From the NCBI RefSeq assembly GCF_004010195.1, contig NC_057755.1, positions 957,023 through 1,021,022 of the forward strand: 64,000 bases of DNA, written 5' to 3'. The DNA is from Chiloscyllium plagiosum (lineage: Eukaryota). Of the stretch, positions 49,771 through 62,919 are shown in pieces. The notes under the pieces were generated by a model that was not told where the DNA came from, ran no database searches, and worked only from the letters and a program-made list of their open reading frames with translations. Within the stretch, counting starts at the first letter, position 1; the number at the start of each line of letters is the position of its first letter. The position numbers and the translations under genes are program-made.

Positions 49771-52700
49771 ATAAGTGTCAGGCAACATTGAATTTATTTG
49801 AATCTTTCTGAGGGTCCTCTGTAGGTTAACTCTGCCACCAACAATAATACATGGCCGTGTTGTGCCCAAACGTCACACAGTGGCAGACTATCAGTAATTT
49901 CGTATCAGATTAGAGACAAACCATGGAATCCCCATCATCGCAGATTCTGCAGGAACTGCCAGGGAAACTTTATCTCTGCTGGGAAACTTCCAGAAATCTC
50001 CATTTCATTCGGAGACTACGAAGAGTTTATGTGGAATAACGAAAAGGAATCACTTTGGAAACATATAAGCAGTGTTTTTTTATGTAGAGAGTGTAGAGTC
50101 ATTTAGTTTCAGTTTGTTTCTGTTTTTTGGGTGAATAAACAGTAGGCTTGTCTGTGCAGCGGAATTTAAAGGTTATCTTGGAATTATTTCTGCAATCACA
50201 GCAGTTTGTTTTAAGAATTGCTTTCGGCATTTGACTATAAACTGAATGGGTTTGCGCAAGAGCGATCCTTTGTTTATTTCTGATGCTTGCAACCCAGAAT
50301 GGTATTAATGGAGACTGAAAGGTTTGATGGAGAGGTCTGGAATTCGTGGTTACGGAAGAAATCCGCAACTGGGAAAGCTTTACTTAAACTTTTTATCAGT
50401 TTTCACATTTCGTTTAGTTCCAAGAAAACCCTGGAACTGAGTGAATGTGAAGGAAACGTGAGTTTTAGTAACTTACATTGCCTTCAAATGAAAATGTTGT
50501 GTTGGTCCCAGACAGAAGTGTTGTGACAAATAAAAGTGACTGTTTAAAGCTGAGTACATTGACGTTCGGGTATGTGATAGTTCCAGGAAGCAATTTCCCA
50601 CAGCTCCCATTTAGAAGTGCCAGTCACAAGTCATTTATCCAAGTGAGAGATACAGGGATTCTGGTCAGGATATTGCATGACGTTTATTTTCTTTGGAAAG
50701 GCACTGGGGGTCATGTTTTGTATAATATATAAAAGTCATTATTTTTGTTTCATTTATGCATTGTTTTGAGGTTAATGAGAATTATACATTTTCTGCATGT
50801 TCATTGCCTTTGAATTGGCGTCATAAGTACCTAGCTTGGTTTATTCTATTTTATCGTCATTTCTTTTGTAATAAACTGATGTCGAATCAATATTAACAGC
50901 ATTGTGTGTTTACAATTCAGCAAAAGATCACGTTGTTAAATCAAAACAAATAAGATTATGATCCATCAAGCTGGAGTTCTGTCGAGGAACTAGTTTGTTC
51001 TGTAATTAATCAGCTGGTATTAGAACAGACTTACTCCTGAAGAACTGATAAACTAACCCCACTGTTCAAATGGATTGTGCCACAACTATATCAGTCCAGA
51101 TCCATTATTTGCCGCCGACCCTGATCAGACATCTACACTGAGATGTCTTTCCATATTACCTCTCCGAAAGTTACTACTCTCTGACTCTGTATCAAAGTTT
51201 ATGCAAAATCAATCTGCTCAGGCCCTGCCAAAAGAGTAACACTGGAACTACATGAGTGCCTTCTAGCTGTAGTGTAGTGCACAGCATTGGTCATCACCAA
51301 GCAGTGAGTACAGAATTGCTCTGATCCGAGTATCAAAGAGATTTGCAAGAATGTTGTCAGTGTGTGGAAGTGACTGCAGCAGTGAGGAAAAGTGGATGGA
51401 TTCGGGTCATTTTCCCTGAACAGAGTGGAATGAGAGATGCCATGGTTCAGATGTACAAAATAAGCCGGCTCTTCAATGGAGACCTGTCTCTCCAAATAGA
51501 AAAACATTTACCAGGAGACACACAGTGAGTAAAATTGATGGGAGGATTATCGAGGACATGAGGCCTACCATTTCATTCAGAAGATGATGGTGTGTCTGGA
51601 ATTCACTCCGAATTTTGGGTGGTGACTTGAGGTGACCACACTCACCTCACTTAAAGGAATTCGGATCTGCCCCTGAGGTGTAGATTCCTTCGACACTATG
51701 GGCTAGGTGCTAGAAAGTGGGATCAGTTCACGTTGATAATTTATTCAGTTGATGTATACATGAATGAACTCTTCAGTGAAAAATCTTTCGAGCAGTTCTA
51801 TGGGTTAGTAGAAAGGCCGAGGATTGTAAAAGTGAATTCAAATGGTGGGTTAAGTGGTTTGTTTCTGTGTTGTCTGTTTCCACCACTGGGACATTGAGGA
51901 TTGTTAAAATGAATTCCAGAGGGCTTTGGCTACATTACAGTTGTTCCCTGAAGAAGTATTCGTAGCTTCATAATTTTTACAATGCCTGTGGAATTTTAAA
52001 TGGAGAGGAATAATATTTACTCTGTTTAGAACAAAGAAATTTATCAATTCATTAGCTTAATAATGCTCAACTTGTTTACTTATTCTCAATATAAAATAAA
52101 GGTTTTTTTTTTACAAAAGAGCATTGTTAACTCATATTGTCTATGAACTGCAGAGTGTTCGGAGTATCACTCTGAATATAAATTCTCCCTGAAATGATCA
52201 GAGCACAATAGTCAGTCAGAGAGAACTGAATATTATCATATCATATTTTATTATACAATGGATTGGAGCTGTCACTTTCAGTAAATGCAGTACTGACCTG
52301 TCTGCTTTATTTTCCATTGCATAGTTTATTCATAACATACCAACAAGCACGTTCAAACCAATTTGTGTCAGTTAATGAAGAGAATGAAATAAAAAGTCAC
52401 ATTTCCCGATTTACATTTTGCATTATTTGCTGAATCAATGTACAATCAAAATTAGAACATTTGCTGAACATGACAAGGAATTGTTCATTTTCGGAAACAA
52501 ACAATGAGGGATTCAGTGAGTTAACAGATCATCAGGCTATCAACACAGAGAGGGCTTATATTATAGTTTGTGCCAGTAATTGTGAAACACAAAAAAAGCA
52601 TTGTCGTCAAATAATTACATCTTCTCAATACAACTACTTATGTTTTTGCAGTGTAGTGACCAAATAATTCTAGGTATTCCTAACGGGAGAACAAGAAAAG

Positions 52701-53050
52701 TTTATGGCTGTAAGAGCTCTTTCCATTTTTGCGATATTTAAGGCGTCAGAGCTGACTTCTACCAAATCTTGAAAGAGTAATTATTGTTTTTTTTAAGCTG
52801 TTGCATTGTTTTGGAAATATGGGGAAAAGAACGAACAAAGCAATACATTCTATGAAAAGGTGGAACACGTGTGGGAGAGTTCACAGCACAGGAGCAGATA
52901 AGTGAATGGTTTTTAAGTGGAATCTTGGTGATATTTTTTGTGTAACTTTGCAAAAGTGCATAAAATGATTTTTTTTTTTAGTTATAGGTTTTATTGACTT
53001 CTGTATCGATTAAAATTTCAAAATATAACGCATAGACATTAAGTTAGCAT

Positions 53051-53069
53051 CTGATTGGAACAATTCCTG
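53051..53069 (+). pseudogene. GPR139-like GPCR copy 4, 3' remnant of exon 1
   Basis: CTG ATT GGA ACA ATT CCT G|GCAAGA. The following sequence aligns with the intron start after 49770. Confidence 0.55.
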
Positions 53070-53366
53070 GCAAGAGTTTTAAACAATTGAATTTGTCTGA
53101 ATCTCTCTGAGGATTATTTGCGGTTTCCATCTGAAATTGACAATGATACATGAGTATGCTGAAGCCACGGTCACACAGGGGCAGCCGTTCAGTGATTTAG
53201 TCTCAGACTTAGGAGACTTTCCGTATACCTATCTTTGCAGATTATTAAAGAATCGCCTGGGAAGCTGAACTTTCAATTGTGTGATTCTCATTTCTTCTAG
53301 TAAAGTTCCAGAAATCCCCATTTGAAGAGGAGATTACAGAGAGATTTGATGGAATTAAGGAATGTA

Positions 53367-54252
53367 CTTGTGTCTATGTCGCGAAGAGGTCGAACTCATG
53401 CATAAGTCAAACCCTTATTTTTTGCCAAACAATCTTTTATTCTTCATATGTATTCATGTCTAAGTAAACTCGATGACATCGCATTATAGAACTCTCACAA
53501 AAGAAACTGCATGTTTTCAAAAACCTACTTAAACAAATTCATTCATACTTGGTACTCTTCATCACTGTTTGTTGACGATACTGCAACTCCATTCATTCAT
53601 TCATTTATAATACTATTTACCGCAATTGGTTTACTACAGCATTGTTTTTTATTCGTTGATTCGGAAAAGTACTAAGTCTATCGATACTTATCACACTTGG
53701 TTCACTATATATCCAAAGATTATAAAACCTTTTAAAAGTTCATTATATAAATTTGCCATTGCATGTGAATAAATGTGAGATATGTTCGCTATATGGCTGC
53801 ATATCTTTTATTCTTTTACAAATTTGTTTATGTTGTTGACGTTCCTCACATATGAGAGTAAATGAGAGGGTAAGGGAAGAATTTGGCAGCAACACTCAAG
53901 ACGCTTCATCTTTCAAAATTGAATATGTTTCATTTTACGTGTACCATTATACCAGGCCATGCCCATGTCGAACAGTGTGATTTTGCAGACATTCAATTAT
54001 TTTTCATATGTTAAATCTTCATACGGGTCTCTTGCTTTTATCCAGTAATTACCTTTACCATTATTCATTGCATTTTTCTTCTTTACCCGGGATTAATTGT
54101 GCCATTAAATCAATGTTTTTTTAATAATACGGTATTTCTACTGCAGCATGAATTTCTGCCCCTTAAAAATTGTGCCTGTCGATTAATCGATCCTCTAAAT
54201 TGAACTTCTGAAAATAGTGTTAAAAATTCAACGTATATACCAGTATATACGG
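53367..54252. mobile_element. Tc1/mariner superfamily (Tc2-like) non-autonomous DNA element
   Basis: Right end reads (reverse complement) TA-CCGTATATACTGGTATATACGTTGAATTTT. The left end is degenerate, with taagtcga-like subterminal motifs. TA on both sides. The AT-rich insert of about 890 bp is absent from the paralog near 50050. Confidence 0.55.
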
Positions 54253-54754
54253 TAGTCACTTAGAAAAACATATGTACGATGGTATTTTATGTAGAGAGTG
54301 CAATAACATGTTGGGCGGGTTTGGTTCTGGTTTTTGAGTAAATAATTGGCAGCATGCGCTGTGGTTCTGAACTTAGTAGTTAACTTGAAAGCATTTCTGT
54401 AAACACATCAATTTGTTTTTAAAAAAACTGCTTTTGAAGTTTGGTTGTAGGCTGAATGATTTTTCTACGAGAATGAACTTGTGTTTATTTTTAATAGTTT
54501 ATTAACATGATATTAACAGAGCTTTTAAGATTTGTTGGAGAGTTATGGAATCTGAGAGTGAGGAAAAATCACCTTGACAGAGAAAGCTTGAATTTCACTG
54601 TTATCATTTTCATCATTTCTTTTCGTCCTTGTACGACCTGATATTGAGTGTATCTATAATTCTGTGCTGATGAGAAGTGAATGAGAGAGTTAATCAATTA
54701 CACTACCTTGGAGTGAGCATGTTGTGAAGATCCCAGACTGAAGTGTTTGGATAC

Positions 54755-56595
54755 ACTGGGGAAATCGGAGAGGTGCTAAACGAACAGTTCCCAGAGATTT
54801 TCACTCAGGAAATGAGAATATTGTTGAAGAGAAGAATGAGGTACGAGATATTAGACTAGAAAGAATCGAGGTAAGTTACGAACAGTTGTTATCAATTCTA
54901 GAAAGAGTGAAACTAAACAAGTCCCATGGGCGGGATGGGATTTATCCGAGGATTCTCTAGGAATCTAGGGAGGAGATAGCAGAGACTTTGGCTTTGATAT
55001 TTGAGTCATCATTGTCTACAGGTTTGGTACCAGACGCCTGGAGGATTGGAAATATTGTGCCCTTGTTTAAGAAGGGCAGTAGAGATGACCCAGGTAATTA
55101 TAGACCGGTGAGCCTTACTTCTGTTGTAGGAAAGATTTTGGAAAGTATTAAGCGAGATAAGATTTATAATCATCTAACAAGCAACAATTTGATTTCAGAT
55201 AGTCAACATGGTTTCGCCAATGGCAGGTCGTGTCTCACAAACCTCATTGAGTTTTTTGAGAAGGTGACCAAGCATATTGATGAGGGTAGAGCAGTTGGCA
55301 TGGTATACATGGACTTCAGCAAAGCCTTTTTTAAGATTCAACATGGTAGGCTGATGGAGAAAATGGAGATGCATGGAACTGAGGGTGCTTTAGCAGGTTG
55401 GATTAGAAACTGGCATTCTGAAAAAAGATAGTGAGTCGTGGTTGATGGAAATTATTCAGCACAGAGTCCGGTTACTAGTGGTGTGCTGAAAATGTGTTGC
55501 TGGAAAAGCGCAGCAGGTCAGACAGCATCCAAGGTCTGACCTGCTGCGCTTTTCCAGCAACACATTTTCAGCTCTGATCTCCAGCATCTGCAGTCCTCAC
55601 TTTCTCCTACTAGTGGTGTGCCACAAGGATCTGTTTTGCGACCACTGATGTTTGACATTTTTATAAATTACATAGACACAGGCATAGGCAGACGAATTAG
55701 TACGTTTGCAGACGATACTAAAGTCGGTGGAGTAGTGGACAGTGTGGGAAAATGTTACAGATTGCAGGGGGACTTGGATAAACTGCAGAATTGGGTTGAG
55801 AGCTTGCAAATGGAGTTCAATGCAGCTAAATGTGAGGTGATGCACTTTGGGAAGAATAACAGGAAGGCAGATTACTGAGTCGATGGAAAGATTATTGGAA
55901 GTGTGGATGTGCAGTGGGATCTTGGAGTCCATGTACATAGATCCCTGAAAGTTGCCACCCAGGTAATAGTGATGTTAAGAAGGCATTCGGTGTGTTAGGT
56001 TTATTTTGAAGAGGATTTGAGTTCCGGAGCCACAATATCATGCTGCAACTATACAAAACGCTGGTGCGGCCTCACATGGAATATTGTGTACATTTCTGGT
56101 CCCCATATTTCGGGATGGATGTGGAAGCATTGGAAAAGTTGCAGAGGAGATTTGCCAGGATAGTGCCTGGTCTGGAGGGAAGGTCTTATGATGAAAGCCT
56201 GAGAGACTTGAACCTGTTCTGATTGGCAAGACGAAGGCGAAGAGGGGGTTTTATAGAGACATATAAGATGATGAGGGGATTAGATAGGGTAGTCAGTTGA
56301 AGTCGTTTTCCTAGGATGATGACGTCAGCGTGTATGAGGGAGCATAACGAAATTTTCGGGGTGATAGATTTAAGACCGATGTCAGAGGCAGGTTCTGTAT
56401 GCAAAGAGTGGTAAAGGCGTGGAATGCACTTTCTGCTCATATAGACAACTCAGCCATGTTAGGGAGATTTGAACATTCCTTAGATAAGCACATGATTTTG
56501 GGATCGTTTAGGGGGACGAGCTGACAATAGTTCACAGATTGGTGCAACGTAGAGGGCTGAAGGGCCTGTTCTGAGCTGTACTGTTCTGTGTTCGA
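54755..56595 (+). mobile_element. CR1 LINE (subfamily of 20505-24235), 5'-truncated
   Basis: NYRPVSLTS, YMDFSKAF, PQGSVL, ISTFADDTK and gggctgaagggcctgttct tail. Empty site in the paralog near 50520. Confidence 0.92.
55486..55607. mobile_element. Penelope pLTR hairpin mini-insertion inside CR1
   Basis: Perfect 39-bp inverted repeat (55485-55523 / 55534-55572) with a 10-nt loop. TSD tactagtggtgtg at 55473-55485 and 55608-55620. Confidence 0.85.
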
Positions 56596-56933
56596 TGATT
56601 TTAAAAAGTTCTGAAGAGAACACTTAAAGCCGATTACATTGAGATGAAGGTGTGTGGTAGCTTCTGAAAGAATTTTACTGCTGTTCCAGTTTAAAAGTGG
56701 CCATCATAATTCTATATACAACTGTTAGATACAGAGAATCTCGTGTGAATATTATACAGGAGGTATTTTCTTTGGAATGGCACTGGGAGTGATTTAATTA
56801 ATAAAAGTTGTCTCCTTTCATTTCTTTTATGCATTGGTTTAAGATTGATGAGATTATGCATTTACTTCGTGTTCATTACCTTTGTATCTGTGTTATGAGT
56901 ATGCAGTTTTACTTATTCAATTTTATCGTCATT

Positions 56934-59868
56934 TTAGAGTCATAGAGTCAGACAGAAGTACAGCATGGAAACAGACCCTTCTGTACAAACAGTTCATGTC
57001 GACAAAATATCCCAATCCAATCGAGTCCCACCTGCCAGTACCCGGCCCATACCCCGCCAAACGATTCCTATTCATATAGACATCCAAATGCCTCTTAAAT
57101 GTTGCAATTGCACCAACCTCCACCACATCCTCTGGCAGCTCATTCCATACACGTACCACACTCTGCGTGAAAAGGTTGCCTCTTAGATCTCTTTTATATC
57201 TTTTTCCTCTCACCCTAAACCTATGCCCTCTAGTTCTGGACTCCCCGACCCCAGGGAAAAGACTTTGTTTTTTTTTTCCAATCCATGCACCTCATAATTT
57301 TGCAAACCTGTATAAGGTCACCCCTCAACCTCTGACGTTCCAGGGAAAACTGCCCCAAACTGTACAGCCTCTCCCTATAGCTTAGTCCTCCAATCCTGGC
57401 AACATTCTTGTAAATCTTTTCTGAAACCTTTCAAGTTTCACAACATCTTTCCAATAGGAAAGAGTGAGAATTGCATGCAACATTCTAACAGTGGCCTCAC
57501 CAATGTCCAGTACAGCCGCAACATGACCTCCCAACTCCTATACTCAATACCCTGACCAATAAAGGAAAGCACATCAAACGCCTTCTTCGCTATCTTATCT
57601 CCTTGCGACTCCACTTTCAAGGAGCTATGAACCAGCACTCCAAAACCTCTTTGTTCAGCAACACTCCCTAGGACCTTGCCATTTAGTGCATGCGTCCTGC
57701 TAGATTTGCTCTCCCAAAATGCAGCACCTCGCATTTATCTGAATTAAACTCCATCTTCCACTTCTCAGCCCCTTGGCCCATCTGGTCCAGATCCTGTTGT
57801 AATCTGAGATAGCCCTCTTCGCTGTCCACTGCACCTCCAATGTTGGTGCCATCTGCGAAATTACTAACTGTACCTCTTATGCTTGCATCCAAATCATTTA
57901 TGTAAATGACATAAAGTCGAGGGCCCACCACCGATCCTCGTGGCACTCCACTGGTCACAGGCCTCCAGTCTGAAAAACAACCCTCCGCCACCATCTCTGT
58001 CTTCTACCTTTGAGGCAGTTCTGTATACAAATGGCTAATACTCGCTACATTCCATGAGATCTAATCAGTCTCCCCTGGGGAACCTTGTCGAACGCCTTAC
58101 TGAAGTCCATATAGATCACATCTACTGCTCTGCCCTCTTCTTTGTTACTTCTTCAAAAAAACTCAAACAAGTTTGTGAGACATGATTTCCTACACACAAA
58201 GCTATGTTGACTATCCAGAATCAGTCCTTGCCTTTCCAAATACATGTACATCCTGTCCCTCAGAATTCCCTCCAATAACGTGCCCACCAATGAGGTCAGG
58301 CTCAGCGGTCTATAGTTCCCTGGCTTGACTTTACTACCCTTCTTAAACAGTGGCACCACGTTTGCCAACCTCCAGTCTTCCGGTACCTCACCTGTGACTA
58401 TTGATGATGTAAATATCTCAGAAAGAGGCCCAGCAATCACTTCTCTAGCTTCCCACAGAGTTCTCAGGTACACCTGATCAAGTCCTGGGGGTTTCTCCAC
58501 TTTTACCTATTTCAAGACATCCAGCACTTGCTCCTCTGTAATCTGGACATTTTGCAAGATGTCACCATCTATTTCCCTACAGTCTATATCTTCCATATCC
58601 TTTTCCACAGTAAATACTGATGCAAATTATCCATTTAGAATCTCTCCCATTTTCTGTGGCTCCACACAAAGACCGCCTTGCTGATCTTTAAGGGTCCCTA
58701 TTCTCTCCCTAGTTACCCTTTTGTCCTTAATATATTTGTAACAACCCTTTCGATTCTCCTTAATTCTATTTGCCAAAGCTATCTCATGTCACCGTTTTGC
58801 CCTCCTGATTTCCCTCTTAAGTATGCTCCTACTTTCTTTACACTCTTCTATTGATTCACTCGATCTATCCTGTCTATACCTGACATATGTTTCCTTCTTT
58901 TTCTTAACCAAACCCTCAATGTCTTTAGTCATCCAGCATTCTCTATGCCTAGCAGCCTTCTCTTTTATCTCCATACTTTCCCTGGATTCTTGTTATCTCA
59001 TTTCTGAAGGCTTCCCATTTTCCAGCCTTCTCTTTACCTGCGAACATCTGCCTGCAATCAGCTTTCGAAATTTATTGCCTAATACCGTCAAAATTGGCCT
59101 TTCTCCAATTTAGAACTTCAACTTTTAGATCTGGTCTATCCTTTTCCATCACTATTTTAAAACGAATAGAATTATAGTCGCTGGCCCCAAAGTGCTCCCC
59201 CACTGACACCTCCGTCACCTGCCGTGCATTATTTCCCAAGATTAGGTCAAGTTTGCACCTTCTCTAGTAGGTACATCCACATACTGAATCAGAAAATTGC
59301 GTTGTACACATTTAAGAAATTCCTCTCCATCTAAACCTTTAACACTATTGTAGTCCCAGTCGATGTTTGGAATGTTAAGATCCCTGACCATAACTACCCT
59401 ATTATTCTTACAGATAGCTGTATCAATTTCCCCCTCTGACTATTGTGGGGTCTACAGTACAATCCCAATAAGGTGATCATCCCTTTCTTATTTCTCAGTT
59501 CCACCCAAATAACTTCCCTGGATGTATTTCCGGGAATATCTTCGCTCAGCACAGCTGTAATGTTATCCCTTATCAAAAATGCTACTCCCCCTCCCCTCTT
59601 GCCTCCCTTTCTATCCTTCCTGTAGCATTTGTATCCTGAAACGTTAAGCTGCCAGTCCTGCCCCTCCCTGAGCCATGTTTCCATAATTGCTATGACATTC
59701 CAGTCCCATGTTCCCAACTATGCCCTGAGTTCGTCTGCCTTCCCTGTTAGGCCCCTTGGATTGAAATAAATGCAGTTTAATTTATTAGTCCTACCTTGTC
59801 CCTGATTGCCCTGACTGACTCATTTCTGTTCTCAGCTGTACCCGTCTCACACTGATCTCTTTCCTCGC
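56934..59868 (-). mobile_element. CR1 LINE, near-complete but degenerate ORF2
   Basis: APE motifs (WNVIAIMETWL..KRGGGVAFLI), RT motifs (NYRPLSLTS, GVPRGSVVGP, NFADGT) and catagagtca tail. Empty site in the paralog at about 50860. Confidence 0.92.
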
Positions 59869-60505
59869 AATAAACTTCTTTTTTGTTGTGGAAGCAATAC
59901 TTGCAGTTTTGCGTCTTTATGGTTCGGCAAGAGATCACTTTGTTAAATCAAACGAAATAAGGTTGTGATCCATCAAGGTGGATTTCTGTCTGGAGTCTGG
60001 CTTATTCTGGAATTAATCACTTGGTATCAGAACTGATGCGAGGCTATTAAACACATAATCTAGCACCTAAGGAACTGTGAAATTTACCCCACCCTCCAAT
60101 CAGATGCGCCCCAACTGTATCCTTCCAGATCTGTTATTTTTCTCAGACCATTATGTGATCAGGCATCTATACTGAGATGTAATTCATTATTACTCCTCCC
60201 TACTGAGATGTAATTCATTATTACTCCACCCACACGTACGACTCTTTCACACTACACCATATCAAACTCAGAAAACTTTCCCTCACTAACTGCTAGACCT
60301 GCAATGGTGGAACTACATGTGACACCACGTGACTCACAGCTGTGGTTTTGTGCACAGTATTTATCATTACCTCATAGTGAGGACAGCATTACTCTGAAGA
60401 GAGAATAAAAAGGATTTACAAGAATGTTGCCAGTGTGTGGAAACGCCTGCAGAATTGACGGAAGATGGATACAGTCATTTTCTCTATAACAGAGCAGAAT
60501 GAAAT

Positions 60506-61064
60506 AGCAGAGGGATTGAATTCAAGAGTCGTAAAGTGATGTTGCAGCTGTACAGGATTTTGGTTAGGCCACATTTGGAGTACTGTGTGAGGTTCTGGTC
60601 GCCTCACTTTAGGAAAGATGTGGAAGCTTTGGAGAGTTTGCAGAGAAGATTTACCAGGATGTTGCCTGGAATGGAGAATAGGTCGTACGAGGATAGGTTG
60701 AGAGTGCTAGGCCTTTTCTCGTTGGAACGGCGATGGATGACGGGTGACTTGATAGAGGTTTATAAGATGATCAGAGGAATAGATAGAGTAGACAGTCCCC
60801 GGGTACAACAGAGTATTACAAGAGGAAGGGGAATTTACAAGGGGAATTTAAGGTGATGGGTGGAAGGTATAGGGGAGATGTCAGGGGTGGGTCCATGTGG
60901 GGGCATGGAATGCGCTGCCTGTGGGAGTGGTAGAGTCAGAATCTTTGGTGACCTTTAAGCGGCAATTGGTAGGTACATGAATGGCTGCTTAAGCTAGGAC
61001 AAATGTTCGGCACAACATCGTGGGCCGAAGGGCCTGTTCTGTGCTGTATTGTTCTATGTTCTAT
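60506..61064 (+). mobile_element. Short CR1 3' fragment (subfamily of 41654-43625) nested in an older CR1 remnant
   Basis: MLQLYRILVRPHLEYCVRFWSPHFRKD and tail gttctatgttctat. atgaaata lies on both sides. Empty site near 51430. Confidence 0.88.
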
Positions 61065-62919
61065 GAAATATGAAATATGCGGTTATTGAGGTGTCCATAC
61101 TATCCAGGGGCTTTGGATGGAGACTTGTAATACCGAATGCAGGATACCATTAGCCAGGAGACACAAAGTGAGAAAAATTCCAAAAGGATTATCGGGGATA
61201 AGAGGATGAACCCTTTCATTCATGGTGTGTCTGGAATTCATGTCCAATTTTGGTTTGCGTGTGAGACAAAGCACAACATATTTTAAGGGAACCTGAATCT
61301 GCATCTGAAATGAGGTAACCTTCAAAAGCTGGACCAGGTGCTGGAAATTCGGATCAGAACAGGAGCTAGTTTATTCAATTAATGGAGACATCAATAAGCA
61401 TGTTCAGTTCCCGAATCTTCCTGCAGTTCTATGGGATTGCAGAAAGACTGAGGAGTGTTAAAGTGAAGTCACTTGGTGGGCTGAATGGCCTATTTGTGTT
61501 CTGTACGTTTCCCCCAATTCTGAACACTGAACAGTGGTAAAGTAAATTCCAGAAGGCTGTGACGACCATCCAGTTGTTCCCTGAAAAATGTCCGTAGATT
61601 CATAAGTTTTAAAAAATTTTAAATGCACAAATTAATTGCTCACATTACTAAATAATTGTAACGAAGATTAGAGCATGGGAATGTGTGAATTCGATAATTA
61701 GATTAATATTGCTTACCTTGTTTAGTCACTCTCATCATAAATGAAGAGCTTTTGTTTTAAAGAGGGAAGTGAAGTGTTTTGCTATCTATGAACTGCTGTG
61801 TAATTAGATGATCAGTTCCAATATTAGTTGCCCCTGACATGATCAGAACGTAACAGAGAGTTTTAATCACATTGCAGCAACCGTGCACAATAATTGTGGT
61901 ATTGACCTGTTCAGTTTTGAAATAATTAGTTTATTCACAAAATTCAATAAGCACATTAAAAATATCGATTTGAGTCAGACAATGAAGGGAATGCAGTAGA
62001 AATGTCATATTTTGCTATTTGAATTTTGCATTTTTTGCTGATTCAATGTCCAAGTAAAATTAGAATGTTTACAAAACATGACAAGGAATTGTTGGTTTTC
62101 CAAACTGAGGTATAAGAGGCTCATTGAATGAAGAGGTTCTCAGTGTATCATCACAGATAGTCCTCAGATAATGGGTTGTTACTTTACTGATGAAAGAACA
62201 TTTTCTCAGCTCAGTTCGCATTCTCCTTTGAATAATTACATCTGCTCAAATGCAACAACTCATATTTTTGGTAATATAGTGAGCAGTTGATTGTGGGTAA
62301 TCCGAGATGGAGGACCGGAAGTAATTGTGTCTGTAACACGTTCTCCTTTGCTGAGCTAATTTAGGTAACAGGGCTCGTGTCGTTGAATTCCGGGAAGAGT
62401 CATTTATTTTTGCAAGCTGTTGCATTATTGTGGATCGTTGGGGGGAAAACATTGGATCAACATCTCTTTCGAAAGGAGGAAGTGACACAAAGGTGGAGAC
62501 AACATGGTCAGAGAGGGAGAGAGAAGGGAACATATACTGTAGTCTGACACACCAGTGAATCTGCACAGCTACTGTACTTGCTGTTTGAGTTCACGTATTT
62601 CTGGGCATCAGAGTGCACCTGAACAAAATGAACAAACAACAAACATCACAGCTGACCTTGGAGAAACCTGTGTGGGAGAGTTCACAGCACGGGAGCAGAT
62701 AAGAGCACCGTTTTTATGTCTAATTTTACTGATTTCTTTTTTTGTAAATCGATCGTAGTAAATGGGATGGGCTTTCTTTGGTTGTATGTTTATTTATATA
62801 AGGCTCTTGATTAAAGTTGAAAATATTTAAATTGGCACTAAGTTACCATGGAGAAGTGTGTTTAAAAGCAGTAGTACTCTGTCATTTCCTGAGTCCAGAA
62901 ATTGATAAGGTTCAAAGAT

